Origin: a virus
Taxonomy: Duplodnaviria; Caudoviricetes
Virus record (IMG/VR): IMGVR_UViG_3300043781_000064
Location: 1-34,771 of that record
DNA length: 34,771 bases
Reading direction: 5' to 3' (one strand)
The position numbers and the translations under genes are program-made. Shown in pieces: positions 17,652-29,100 of this stretch. A model generated the notes under the pieces. The model was given only the letters and a program-made list of their open reading frames with translations, did no database searches and was not told where the DNA came from. Positions within the stretch are counted from its first letter, which is position 1. Each line of letters opens with the position of its first letter.

Positions 17652-17814
17652 AAGAATCTACGCAAAACTGCTAATCAACTATTTGTTTATTAAAACTTAT
17701 TTCTTTGGGCGCTAGTGATAGTGCTCTTTTTTTGTCCGTTTCCTATGTTGTGGACGTTAAATAAAACTTGAGTATGTCTCCCAAGACGTTAAATGCGAGA
17801 AAGGAGTGCCAACT

Positions 17815-18423
17815 ATGGACAATGAACAAAATACGGAGCAACTCACTGATGATCAAGAACAAGCGGGTAAAGGCGCGCCAATTGAGACCCCAGAAGATGG
17901 TGATAAGAAAGTTGACTCCGACAAAATTGTTGAAAAGCTGAAAAAGCGTATCGGCAAGGAGCAAGCATCAAAGCATGAACTTGAAAAACAGCTTAAGGAC
18001 GCTCAGGCAGAGATCGAACGGATCAAATCCGGTAAGTCGGTTAAAAAGCTTTCTGATGAAGACAAGGCCAAGAAAGCATCCGATGAAAAAGATGCTAAGA
18101 TTGCCGAACTGGAAGCCAAACTGGCTCGCAACGAAGCAATCAAACAAACTGCTGAAGTCTTCAAAGAAAGTGGCCTTAACGTAAGCGACAAGGTCTTAGA
18201 CATGGTAGTAGCCAATGATGACGAAAAGACTTACGCCAATGTACAGACGCTGATTGAGTTTGCTCAGTCTATCCAAAGCGACACGAAAAAAGGAATGCTT
18301 AAAGGCCACACGCCACGCCAGAATGGCAATAACAAGATGAGCAAGGCTGATATTATGAAGATTCCTGATCCAGTCAAACGTGTGGAAGCCATTAAGCAGA
18401 ATATGAGCTTATTTGAACATTAG
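17815..18423 (+). CDS. Capsid scaffolding protein (DUF4355-like)
   Basis: Charged coiled coil, acidic N-terminus, directly before the capsid gene; AAGGAG RBS. Confidence 0.88.
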   Translation: MDNEQNTEQLTDDQEQAGKGAPIETPEDGDKKVDSDKIVEKLKKRIGKEQASKHELEKQLKDAQAEIERIKSGKSVKKLSDEDKAKKASDEKDAKIAELEAKLARNEAIKQTAEVFKESGLNVSDKVLDMVVANDDEKTYANVQTLIEFAQSIQSDTKKGMLKGHTPRQNGNNKMSKADIMKIPDPVKRVEAIKQNMSLFEH

Positions 18424-18439
18424 AAAGGAATGAAACATT

Positions 18440-19322
18440 ATGACTGTTCCAGAAAATGAAATTACGAAAGCAGATCTGATTGCACAATCTATCGACTTTA
18501 CGGAACGTTTTAACGAATCCGTAGCAACCCTGCTTAAGATTATGGGTGTATCACGGATGACGCCAATGACGGCTGGCTCTCAGATCAAGATCTACAAGTC
18601 CGAAGTAACTAAGGCTGACGGCAAGCCCGCTGAAGGTGATGTAATTCCGCTGTCCAAAGTTACGCGCAAGCTGTCTAAGACGGAAGAATTGACGTTCTCT
18701 AAGTACCGCAAGCAAGTTACTGCTGAAGGCTATTCAAGGTGCTGGTTTCACGCCGGCAGTTGCTGATACCGGACAGCAAGCTGCTTAAAGAAATTCAGAA
18801 GGACTATCAAGAAGAGCTTCGTTGACTTTGTTATGACTGGTACGACGACTGCTACCGGCACGAACTTCCAGACGGCATTGGCTAACGCTCTGGGGCAATT
18901 GGCGGTCAAGTGGGAAGATGATGACGTGCAATCTGTGTCTGTTCGTCAACCCAATCGACTTCTACGCATATCTGGGTAGCGCAAACGTAACTGTACAGAC
19001 GGCTTTTGGCCTGCAGTACGTGCAAAACTTCCTGGGCTTCAACACCATCATCATGACTGGTTTAGGTGCCACAAGGTAAGGTAGCTGCTACTGCATCCCA
19101 AAACATCAACTATGCTTACGCCTGCAATGTCTGGTTCGCTAGGGTCAAGCATTTAACCTGACGACTGATGAAACGGGTCTGATTGGTATCGTGCACGATG
19201 CTAAGACTGAAAATGCATCTGTAGAAACGATGGCTATGACTGCTAGTGTAGTTTACCCAGAACGTCTGGACGGTATCGTTGTAGCTACGATTTCTGCTCC
19301 ATCTGCTTCCAATGGTAAGTAA
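18440..19322 (+). CDS. Major capsid protein, about 7 apparent single-base insertions
   Basis: AEGDVIPLSKV, KYRK; removing extra bases gives a continuous protein ending ...VYPERLDGIVVATISAPSASNGK*. Confidence 0.88.
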
Positions 19323-19345
19323 CCATACAAGCGTAGGTGATTGGG

Positions 19346-19711
19346 ATGAATAAGACAGCTACTCTGGCTAATCTCAAGACTATGATCCGCTTAAAGGATA
19401 CTGGCCAAGACGATCTATTAAAACTGATCATCGATAATACTGAGCAGGCTCTACGATTTAAGCTGCAACTGACCGAGCAAGATGCTTTTCCTTCAGAACT
19501 CGGATTCATTCTGCTTGAAGTGTGTGTACGCCGTTACAACCGACTGAAGAACGAAGGAATGTCGTCATATACGCAAGAAGGCGAGTCAATCACCTTCAAT
19601 TCATCTGACTTTGACGATTTTCAAGACGATATCAATATCTGGAAACAACGTCATAGCAAGGATGTTCGTTCCAATGGCACTGCTTATTTCGTCAATCCGT
19701 ATCGGAAGTGA
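19346..19711 (+). CDS. Head-tail connector (gp6/gp15-like)
   Basis: QDDLLKLII, RRYNRLKNEGMSSYTQEGES. Confidence 0.9.
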   Translation: MNKTATLANLKTMIRLKDTGQDDLLKLIIDNTEQALRFKLQLTEQDAFPSELGFILLEVCVRRYNRLKNEGMSSYTQEGESITFNSSDFDDFQDDINIWKQRHSKDVRSNGTAYFVNPYRK

Positions 19712-19716
19712 TTGTT

Positions 19717-20025
19717 ATGAGAATGGATCATGTAATTCGTTTTTACACGCAAGGTACGGGCTATAGTCCTGTCACTGGTCGGCATGATAACAGTGCTAAG
19801 TTGGTAGCTACGATATACGGTAATGTAACTGATATGGGCGTTGATCGTGCCGTACAGGTTTTTGGTAACTATAATCATCAATCTAAGATACTGCGGTTGG
19901 AGTCTGCTATGCCTAAGTCATGGTCGTACCTGACGATTGATGATGACACTGCCAAGTATCGTATGCAGACATCCCGTAAGCCACTTAAAGGCAACACACT
20001 GATTGTGGGTGATAGTAATGTCTAG
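19717..20025 (+). CDS. Head closure/stopper protein
   Basis: Position and GYSPVTG motif. Confidence 0.7.
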   Translation: MRMDHVIRFYTQGTGYSPVTGRHDNSAKLVATIYGNVTDMGVDRAVQVFGNYNHQSKILRLESAMPKSWSYLTIDDDTAKYRMQTSRKPLKGNTLIVGDSNV

Positions 20026-20401
20026 AATCGTTAAGATTGAAGGGCTGTCAGAACTGCAAGCCAAGTTTGAAGAGATGAACATCGAATTTCATCCCAAAGT
20101 GCGCAGTATTGTTGCTAAGCATGGTGCAGCTCTTCAGCAACGCACCAAAAGCAATATGAGTGCAGCTTACAGGGGCCATTGGGAAGGCAGACGTTGGGTT
20201 AAACCAACTGGCGCAACCAGTCGTAGTACGACCGTATCACTACAAGATGGTGGTATGACGGCAGTTGTTTCACCACATACTTACTACTTTCCGTACCTTG
20301 AATATGGCACTCGCTTTATGTCAGCTAGACCAACGCTTGGTCCTGCTTTTACGTACCAGTCAATGCAGTTTATCGATGACTTAAAGCACTTAATGGAGTG
20401 A
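20018..20401 (+). CDS. HK97 gp10-like neck protein
   Basis: IEGLSEL, YLEYGTRFMSARP.L.PA. Confidence 0.88.
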   Translation: MSRIVKIEGLSELQAKFEEMNIEFHPKVRSIVAKHGAALQQRTKSNMSAAYRGHWEGRRWVKPTGATSRSTTVSLQDGGMTAVVSPHTYYFPYLEYGTRFMSARPTLGPAFTYQSMQFIDDLKHLME

Positions 20402-20405
20402 TTAT

Positions 20406-20798
20406 ATGAAATCACCAGATCAGGCTTTATATGACTATGTTTTTACACAATCAACATTAAAAGGGTATACAACGTATGATCATCTGCCAATGAGCAGTGA
20501 GAATGCGGCATACCCTTTTGTTGTCGTTGATACGGTACAAACTGCGCCAATTGCCACTAAGACTGGTTATGGTGCACAGCTATCGATCATGATCCATGTG
20601 TGGGCAAGCGGAGATGATCGTATTACCGCATCGACGATGACCAGTAATTTGCTAAAGATGCTAGGTTTTGCTGATTTCGAAACGAATGGCTATGCTTTCG
20701 CACCACGAAATCAGCAAAGCCAAATGATGCAAGATACAAGCGTACCTGATACTGTGCTTTGGCATGGTGTAGATACGCTTGTATTTGATTTGAAATAG
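20406..20798 (+). CDS. Tail terminator
   Basis: YDHLP..AAYPFVVV, IHVW; precedes the tail tube gene. Confidence 0.8.
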   Translation: MKSPDQALYDYVFTQSTLKGYTTYDHLPMSSENAAYPFVVVDTVQTAPIATKTGYGAQLSIMIHVWASGDDRITASTMTSNLLKMLGFADFETNGYAFAPRNQQSQMMQDTSVPDTVLWHGVDTLVFDLK

Positions 20799-20813
20799 AA
20801 AGGATGAAAATCA

Positions 20814-21416
20814 ATGGCTAAAACCGAAATTCCGGCTCTGCAAGGTATTGATGTCGTGCTGTTCGCACGTAAACTTTCTGAAGCAGGCAAAGTAGCCGGG
20901 CAACTGATTCCATATCAAACCAGTCTGTCATTTGATCCACAGCGTGACAGTGACACTAATCCAACCAAGTCTGGCTCAGTGGGTACTTCAAGCTCGATCG
21001 AAACGGATCTGGAAGTGGAATTTATCAACAACTGGTCCAAGATTGCTGACCAACTGCTTGATTCGCTGTTCAATAACGAAAAAATGGAATTCTGGATTGT
21101 TTACCGCAAGCGTCGCAACAAAGCTGGTAAGTACTACGCTATCTACATGCGGGGCACGGTCAACGAAGATGAGACTGATGGCGACCCAGACGACACGTCT
21201 AACCGTGATACGTCGATTACTGTTGATGGTACGCCACAACGGGGATGGACTGATCTGCCAGATGAAGCCCAAGAAGAACTTGACTACGTCTTCCGTGGTG
21301 TTGGTGTTGTTACTGACGCTAAGGACGATGGTACTGATGGCGGTGGTGCAGCATGGACTGATGCTGATGCCGGTACTGGCTCAGAAACTGCTACTGTAAC
21401 GACTGATAGTCACTAA
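20814..21416 (+). CDS. Major tail protein (TP901-1 family)
   Basis: QGIDVVLFARKL, PYQT, TKSG, GTPQRG. Confidence 0.9.
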   Translation: MAKTEIPALQGIDVVLFARKLSEAGKVAGQLIPYQTSLSFDPQRDSDTNPTKSGSVGTSSSIETDLEVEFINNWSKIADQLLDSLFNNEKMEFWIVYRKRRNKAGKYYAIYMRGTVNEDETDGDPDDTSNRDTSITVDGTPQRGWTDLPDEAQEELDYVFRGVGVVTDAKDDGTDGGGAAWTDADAGTGSETATVTTDSH

Positions 21417-21505
21417 TTTAATGTAAGAGAGCGGTCTGCTCTCTCTATAAGGTTTTGAGTCGCTCAAGGCTTTGTAGAGGGAGCAGACTTTTTAGGAGGA
21501 TCGTC

Positions 21506-21829
21506 ATGGAATTAACGATTAACGACAAAAAGGTTGAGTTGAAGTTCGGCGTGCGTTTCCTGCGCGAGTTGGACAAGATTGCCAGCGTGGAGAACAGCGG
21601 TATCAAGTTCGGCATGGGATTAAGCCGTTCAATTCTTGGTCTGCGTGCTTATGATGCTGCTGTCTTAGCAGATGTCATCTATGCTGCGAGCTATGGCAAA
21701 GTGGGCCAAACGACAATCGACAACTTTCTAGATGGCTGCGAAGATCTGGAAAAGGTCTTTGATGACGTTATGAAAGAAATTAGCGAATCTAATGCAGCAA
21801 ATTTAGCGGTAAAAAAGATGAAAGCCTAG
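21506..21829 (+). CDS. Tail assembly chaperone
   Basis: MELTINDKKVELKFGVRFLRELD; AGGAGG RBS. Confidence 0.88.
   Translation: MELTINDKKVELKFGVRFLRELDKIASVENSGIKFGMGLSRSILGLRAYDAAVLADVIYAASYGKVGQTTIDNFLDGCEDLEKVFDDVMKEISESNAANLAVKKMKA
21811..21817 (+). other. -1 ribosomal frameshift heptamer A AAA AAG
   Basis: In phase (GTA AAA AAG) near the chaperone 3' end; the -1 frame continues DESLDTRPQQDSEQ. Confidence 0.75.
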
Positions 21830-22253
21830 ATACACGACCACAACAAGACAGTGAACAGGTCGTATCACGAAATCTTGCTTAATTCACTAGGCATATCTAG
21901 GCTTTAAAAAACTAGAAGATATCTGGGCAATGGGTATGACTGAATACCGGTTGCGAATGGAGGCATTTGAACTGCAACAAGTGCTAACCAGTCAGCACAT
22001 CGCCGAGCAAGCATGGGCTAACCAGACTGTACAAGCAACAACCGGAGAACGCCATCCAAAGCCTAAGTATCGCAAATTTGATCAGTTTTTTGATTATCAA
22101 GAACATGTGGATATGGTCCGTTCATCATACGAACCAGACTACCTAGCGCGTTCTAAGAAAATCAAAAAACAGAATCGAGCAGAAATCTTGCTGGCCAGGT
22201 CGCGCGAGTTCCACCGGCTTAAGAAAGCTGGCAAGATCATCCCGCTGGCCTGA
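21817..22253 (+). CDS. Second tail chaperone ORF (gpT-like), with apparent indels near 21860 and 21890
   Basis: MTEYRLRMEAF, QAWANQTVQAT, KPKYRKFDQFFDY; no separate RBS. Confidence 0.75.
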
Positions 22254-22272
22254 GCGGAAAGGAGAATGACAA

Positions 22273-25200
22273 ATGGGAGAATCTTATAGTGTCAAAGCCA
22301 TTCTCTCGGCAGTTGATACCAGTTTTTCATCCACAATTGCTCGTGCCGGACAGGCTACTGAATCATTCGGCCAGTCAGTTAACAAACATATGCAGGGCGT
22401 TGGTAATGCCATGATTGCGGCTGGTACTGCTACTACGGCAATGGGTGTTAAAGCGGTTAAGGGGTTTGGTAGCTTTCAGTCATCTCTTAACCAAGCTGCG
22501 GTTATCGCCGGTGGGACGGCTAAAGACATTGATGGCTTGTCTGATGTAGCCAATCATATGGGCGCTGTTTTGCCAATCAGTGCTCAAGATGCAGCTGATG
22601 CTATGGTGGCGATGGCCCGTGATGGTGCTTCGATTGGCACGATCAAAAAGGAATTCCCAGCAATTGCGGAAGCGGCGACTGCGGCTGGTGCAAATCTGCA
22701 AACGACTGCCAGCGTTGTTCAACAAGCTATGAACATCTGGGGAGACAGTCTTAAATCGCCACAACAGGCTGCTGCTATCCTGACGCAAACAGCTAACTTA
22801 TCCAACGCGTCAATTGAAGACATGCAACAAGCACTGGCTACGATTGGTTCTGTTGCCAAACTGGCTGGCATGAATATGAGTACAACATCCGAAGCTATCG
22901 GTTTGCTCACCAATCGAGGATTTAGCGCTGCACAAGCGTCAGAAGATCTTAGCTATGCTATACGGCAAATGTTAGCTCCATCTAAGGGTGCCAAAAAGGA
23001 AATGGACGCATTAGGCCTATCATTCGTTGATAGTTCTGGCAAGATGAAGCCATTCCCACAGATTCTGAAAGAAGTTGCTGCGGCAACTGACGGCATGGGT
23101 GATGCTCAGAAGACAGCTGCACTTAAGACCATGTTCGGTGCTGCTGGTATGCAAGCAATCGCTCCATTGTTAGATGCTGTTAAGGATAAGTCTGATAACA
23201 CCACTACATCATGGTCTGCTTACGCTAAAGCCATGAATGGTGCTGCCAAAGACACTCAGACAGCTACTAAGTTTTTGAGCGATCAAGCTAACGAAATGCA
23301 ACAAAACTTAGGTTCTAAAATTGAGCAAGTTGGCGGTAACTGGGAAGCACTGCGTAACAAGGCAATGCAGACTAAAGGCGGCTGTAACAGTGCAATCCTA
23401 GACATGATGAACCAGTCTCTAGAATGGGCAACTACATCTAATAGTAGTACAGCTCAGGTAATCCGTAGTTTCATCGGTATGTCACCAGCGATTGGTGCTG
23501 CTACAACTGCATTAGGTGGTCTCTTTAAAGGTTGGGGTAAACTGATTTCGTTTGGTGGTAGCGTCATTAAAACGATTGGCAATGTTGGCCGTGTCATGAA
23601 GGCATTATCGATGGCTGGCGATTTAACCACTGCTATTGGCAGTCTGCGTAAATTAGCTGCAACATCTCAACTTGCTGCGGGAGCAATGCGGGTTCTACAA
23701 GTAGCACAATTGGCTTTGGCTAATCCCTGGGTCGCAATTGGTGTCGCGATTGCAGCCGTTGTTGCAGCATTGGCAGTATTTTTCACTAAAACTAAGACGG
23801 GCCAGGCGATGTGGAAACAGTTTACGCAAAGCGTTGCGGATTCCGTTGATGGTATCAAGCAAGCCTGGCAGAGCATGACAGACTTTTTCAGCAACCTTTG
23901 GAACAATATCGTTACTACTGCACAGAATGTCTGGAGTAGTTTCGGGCAGTTCTTCAGTCCGGTTGTTCAATCGGTTGAATCAGTATGGCAAGGATTATCT
24001 GATTTCTTTGGCAACTTATGGAACGGCATTGTTACCTTTGCTCAAGGTGTCTGGAGTTCGTTTGCTCAAGGCATGGCACCAATCGTAGACGCCTTTAAAA
24101 ATCTATGGAGTGCGTTGACTGATTTCTTCAGCACATTGTGGCAAGGAATCGTTAATACTGCACAAACTATCTGGCAAGGTCTGTTGCCAATTGTTACTAC
24201 CGTTTGGAATGGCATTAAAACCGTTGTTTCAACGATCATGCAAGCCATCTCGGACGTGATTCAGACAATTGGAACTGCAATTCAAACTGTATGGACGGCA
24301 ATCTGGAACGTTGTTAAAACCGTTGCAATGACGATTTGGGATGCAATCAAGAACTTCATTAGCCTTGAAATGCAAGGAATTCAGACAGTTATCCAAAGCG
24401 TCATGGCTATAATCCAAACTATCTGGCAGACTGCCTGGAATGTTATTGAAACGGTCGTGCAGACAATTTGGTCAATCATATCAACAACTGTATCTACGGC
24501 TATTAATGCCGTGGCAGGCGTTATTAGAGCGGTAACTGATGCAATCAAAGGCGATTGGTCTGGTGCTTGGAATGAGATAGAGAATGTTGCCTCAACTATT
24601 TGGAACGGCATTACATCAATTGTATCTACTGCAATTAACGGCGTACGGAGCATCATTTCCAGCTGTGATGAACGGCATTAGATCAGTGTGGTCGTCAGCC
24701 TGGAATGGCATTAAGAGTGTTACTTCGGGCGCAATGAGTATGGTACGATCGGTCGTTTCAAGGTGGTATGTCAGCAATGCACAGCGTTGTTTCGAGCATG
24801 ATGAGTGCGGTTCAATCAGCTTTCGTTAGTGGTTGGAATGCAGCACGTAATGCTACTGCTAATGGCATTGCACGAGCAGTGAGTGCTGCGCGGTCCATGA
24901 CAGGCGCAATGGTATCTGCCGGTCGTGATTTCGTCATGGGCTTTGTCAATGGTATTGAAGGTGCAATCTGGCGTGCTGCGTCTGCTGCTGCTCGTATGGC
25001 TAGCGCGGCTATGAATGCTGCTAAAGCATGGTTTAACATTGGATCGCCATCAAAAGGTTATGCGCTGATCAAGTTGGTAAGTGGGTACCCGCTGGTCTGG
25101 CAGTTGGTATCGAGCAGAATACCGATCTTGTTGAAAATGCTGCTAAGCGTATGGCGGAAGCTGCTATGCCAGATATTCATATGACTGACATGCAACAGCG

Positions 25201-25384
25201 AATCAACGGGGCACTGTCTCACGGTGCATCATTTGGTGGAACGGTTGACCATGAACTTAATGTGGTACAACAACCGGCTTATATCAACTTGTCATTAGGC
25301 GGTTCCAACTACACGACTTTTGTTTCTGACATTTCTCGTGAACAAGGCAGTCAAGCATCACTGGCACGCAATTATCGTTTCTAG
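22273..25384 (+). CDS. Tape measure protein, apparent frameshifts near 24660, 24765 and 25060
   Basis: ESYSVKAILSAVD, Trp/Phe-spaced 11-aa repeats, IGSPSK; split into four ORFs. Confidence 0.9.
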
Positions 25385-25393
25385 GAGGGCAAA

Positions 25394-26179
25394 ATGTACG
25401 ATTTCCATGATTTAAACATTAATCGCAAAATTGAAACCGAGCCATTGCCCACTGAAGCGCTGAACTATGGTGGCCGTTGGCTTGATAGAGAAATTGACGG
25501 TTACATGACACTATCAACGTCAGGCCGGAATGAGTTTTCCAGGCAGATTAACTCTGCTGATCGCGTAGATGATGGTGCGGTGTATCTATCATCGCGCATT
25601 GAGAGTAAAAAGATCACTGTCACGTTCCAGTTGTTGGCATCGACAATTGAGCAATACAACGAACGGCTGAAGAAACTGAAACAACTCTTGTTCCAGCCTA
25701 ATCAGCCGTTTTATTTTGCCGATTTGCAACAATATCACTTTGTCGGCACTGCATCGGCTTTGACATTGGACAGTGAGACGCTGAATACTACCGGCAAAAT
25801 TGAGCTGTCACTAGCAGATCCGTATCTGCATGGCAATGTTAAAACTATCACTGGTTCTGGTACGCAGATTAAAATTAATGATGGCGATTTGGCATACCCA
25901 CAAACGCCAACCAAGCTGACGTTCACGCCAACTAAGGCGGTAGCTAACTTAACGATCACTTGTGACGGCAAAAAGATCAGTCTATCAGTTGGTGTAGATG
26001 CCGGACAAGCGGTAGTAGTTGATTTTGCCAATTTAAATCTATCGATCAATGCCGTTGATAATCTGATGGGACTAACGCTTGATTCGAATCTAAGTGATTT
26101 CTATATCACTAACGGATCTACAATCATTATTAATGCAACTGGTAGTTATAAGCTTGAATACGAGGTAAAACAGCTATGA
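25394..26179 (+). CDS. Distal tail protein (Dit)
   Basis: MYDFHD, GYMTLSTSGR, ADPY; follows the tape measure. Confidence 0.85.
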   Translation: MYDFHDLNINRKIETEPLPTEALNYGGRWLDREIDGYMTLSTSGRNEFSRQINSADRVDDGAVYLSSRIESKKITVTFQLLASTIEQYNERLKKLKQLLFQPNQPFYFADLQQYHFVGTASALTLDSETLNTTGKIELSLADPYLHGNVKTITGSGTQIKINDGDLAYPQTPTKLTFTPTKAVANLTITCDGKKISLSVGVDAGQAVVVDFANLNLSINAVDNLMGLTLDSNLSDFYITNGSTIIINATGSYKLEYEVKQL

Positions 26180-29100
26180 AAATGTTTCTTTTTGACCGCA
26201 ATCAAAAAGTCAAACGATGGCTGGTTGACCGTGATTTTATCGAAGCAAAGATGGTGGAGCAGATCAACGCAGCTGATCAGCTAACGTTCTCTGTGCCGTT
26301 GAATAAACGACTGCCATCATCTTACTTCTACGCAGCTATCCCACAGCCACGTGGTTCGGGGTATCTGCTTTTTAAGATTGTCACGGAAAAGGTATCGTCT
26401 GACCAGATTGAGTACACGGCTATTGAATCGGCTTATGATGAGCTTAAGTCGTATCACTATATCAAGGACGTTCGACCAGAAAACCGGAAAGCCGGTGAAC
26501 TGTTGCGGACTGCCCTTGAAGGCACACGCTGGCAAGTAGGACAGACGTATGACAGTGGTACGTTTTCGACCAACTTCTACTACATCAGCACACTAGAAGC
26601 GATTCAAAAAATTGTAGAACTGTGCGGTTTAGAAGTTACGTTTGAGATCACTCTGAATCCTAAAACACACCAGATTGAGCATCGATTGGTTAACTTGTAC
26701 GCTCAGCAAGGTCAGCGGACTGGTAAGCGGTTTGAGTACGGATCGAATTTGCTAACGGTTGAACGCGAAGAATCAGCAGAGAACTTAATCACAGCTTTGA
26801 TCGGTCGGGGTAAAGGTGAAGCCGTCTATCATGAAGACAATACAGCAGAAGAAACGCCTGATGGCTATGGTCGGCGCATTAACTTCGCTGATGTGGTCTG
26901 GTCAAAGAAGAATGGTAATCCTGCTGACAAGCCTGTTGGTCAAGAGTATGTAGAAGACGTTGACGCAACAGCTAAGTATGGCTTTGACGATGGCAAGCCA
27001 CGTATCGGTATTGAGATCTTTGAAGACATTACTGATCCGGTAGAACTGTTAAAAGCTACCTGGTCAGCATTACAGACGCTGAAACGACCACAAGCTAGTT
27101 TTAGAGCTAGCGTAATGGACGTTGGCGATCTGGGGCTTGGTGATACAGTAGCTATCGTTCGCCATGACATTAAGATTGAGTACTTCACGCGCGTTTACAA
27201 GGTTACACACAATCTACTAGACGAGCGACAGAATACTATCGAGCTTGGGGATGACTTCTCAGGCAATTCAATCACGAGCACTGTTAATGATCTTGGCAAG
27301 AGTGTGGGCACGGTTGAACGGATTGCCAACTATGCGGCTGTTTCCGCTAATGGAAAGAACGCTAACTACTACGGTCAGGCACAGCCAATTAATCCAATGG
27401 AAGGCGATTTGTGGTACAAAGATCTTGGCAATGGGGAAACTGATATGTATCAGTACCACGCAGGCAATTGGATTCTAATCACGTCTACGCGTGATTTGCA
27501 TAACGTTGAAAAGCAAGTCAAACAAGCGCAAGACGATTTTACGACCGCTTGGAATAAGGCAGTTGCAGCTGATTCATCGGCTGCTAAAGCACAACAACGA
27601 GCTGATAGTGTTGGTCAGCAATTGCAAAGCGCACAAGCTGACTTTGACAGTAAGCTATCTGCCGCAAGCGCTAGCGCTAGTGCTGCAAACGATAAAGCCA
27701 TGCAAGCTGCTAATGCTGCTCAAAACGATGTTAATGCACAAATTAAAGAATTGAACGATTACAAGGATACTGTCGACAAGACATATGTCGCTAAGGGTAC
27801 GGTCATCAGCAACGTTAACACTGAAGCAGACGCGTCAATTTTTAGCACAAACAATAAGCTATATATGGACGTTGCTACCACTGTCTTTAGTGGTAAAGCT
27901 TTTATCCCAGATGCCGCAATCATCGATTTGACTGCTAGCAAACTGACAGCTGGAACGATCGACGCGTCTAAGATCTCAGTAGTTAATCTAAATGCCTCAA
28001 ACATCAATACTGGATCTCTGAATGCCGGATTAATTAAGGTAGGCTCAATGTCAGCAGACCGTATCGTAGGTGGTACGCTCGACTTCAAAAATATTGCCGT
28101 ATCTAATCTTTCTGCCGGTAGCATAGTTTCAGGGACGTTAGATGCCGCTAAAGTTTCAGTCATCAATCTAAATGCGTCTAATATCAAGACTGGAACGCTT
28201 GATGCGAGTCTAATTAAAGCCGGAGCTATGTCTGCTGACAGAATTTCTGGTGGGACGCTTGATTTTTCAAAAGTCAATGCAGCTAGTCTATCTGCGGATA
28301 AGATCACGTCTGGCACGCTAGACGCTGGCAACGTCAATGTCATTAACTTGAATGCCGACAATATCACTTCTGGTACGATTAACGGGCAAAACCTGAAAAT
28401 CAATCTGAACACCGGTGAGATTTTATTTCAAAAAGGTAAAATTGCGTCAACTAACGGCTTGTTAAACATTAATGTTGATGATGGGACAATGTCTGTTACC
28501 AATAGCCTTAATGAGGGTGCATTCTTTAAGAATGGGAACATCGAACTTACTAATTTTGCTCTATGGGACAAGGGCGATATTCCTGCGTATGGAAAGATTG
28601 CATTTGCAGAAAATATGTTTGAACTTGGTAACAATGGTATAGAGATACAAGGTAAAAAAGGTTGGATAATTCATAGTGAAAACTTTGATTATAATAAGTT
28701 CCCACTGCAGTACTTATGGACAATGGAGAAAAACGGAACTTCCATTGGTGCAGACGAAAAATATATGGCACTGCAAGCGTATAGCGGAGTTTCGATAACT
28801 GCAGGCGCTTTTTTGCCAACTCTAGAATCAGCATTATCAACATCGTTTAAAACTGCGCCGTATTTAAACTTAGGCTTTAATCGTGATGCCACGTACCACA
28901 ATCCTGCTTTTGTAGCTAACTCTAATGCGTACGAATTCAGCGTAGACAATACAGGGACACTTATGAAGTATGGTAGGGTTTATCTGAATGATTCAGACTA
29001 TACGTATCAATTCTATGTAGATTTGCCATGGAATTCACATATCAAATTGGCAGACGACATGGGACATGATGGGCGAAATGCCTATTTTGACGTAAGCGTA

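Noticed and set aside
18720-19150. Programmed frameshifting in the capsid gene
   Set aside because: Too many shifts and no slippery sites; the pattern fits sequencing error
27759-28412. Long antisense ORFs (also 14611-15264 and others)
   Set aside because: Shadows of codon bias or repeats in genuine + strand genes
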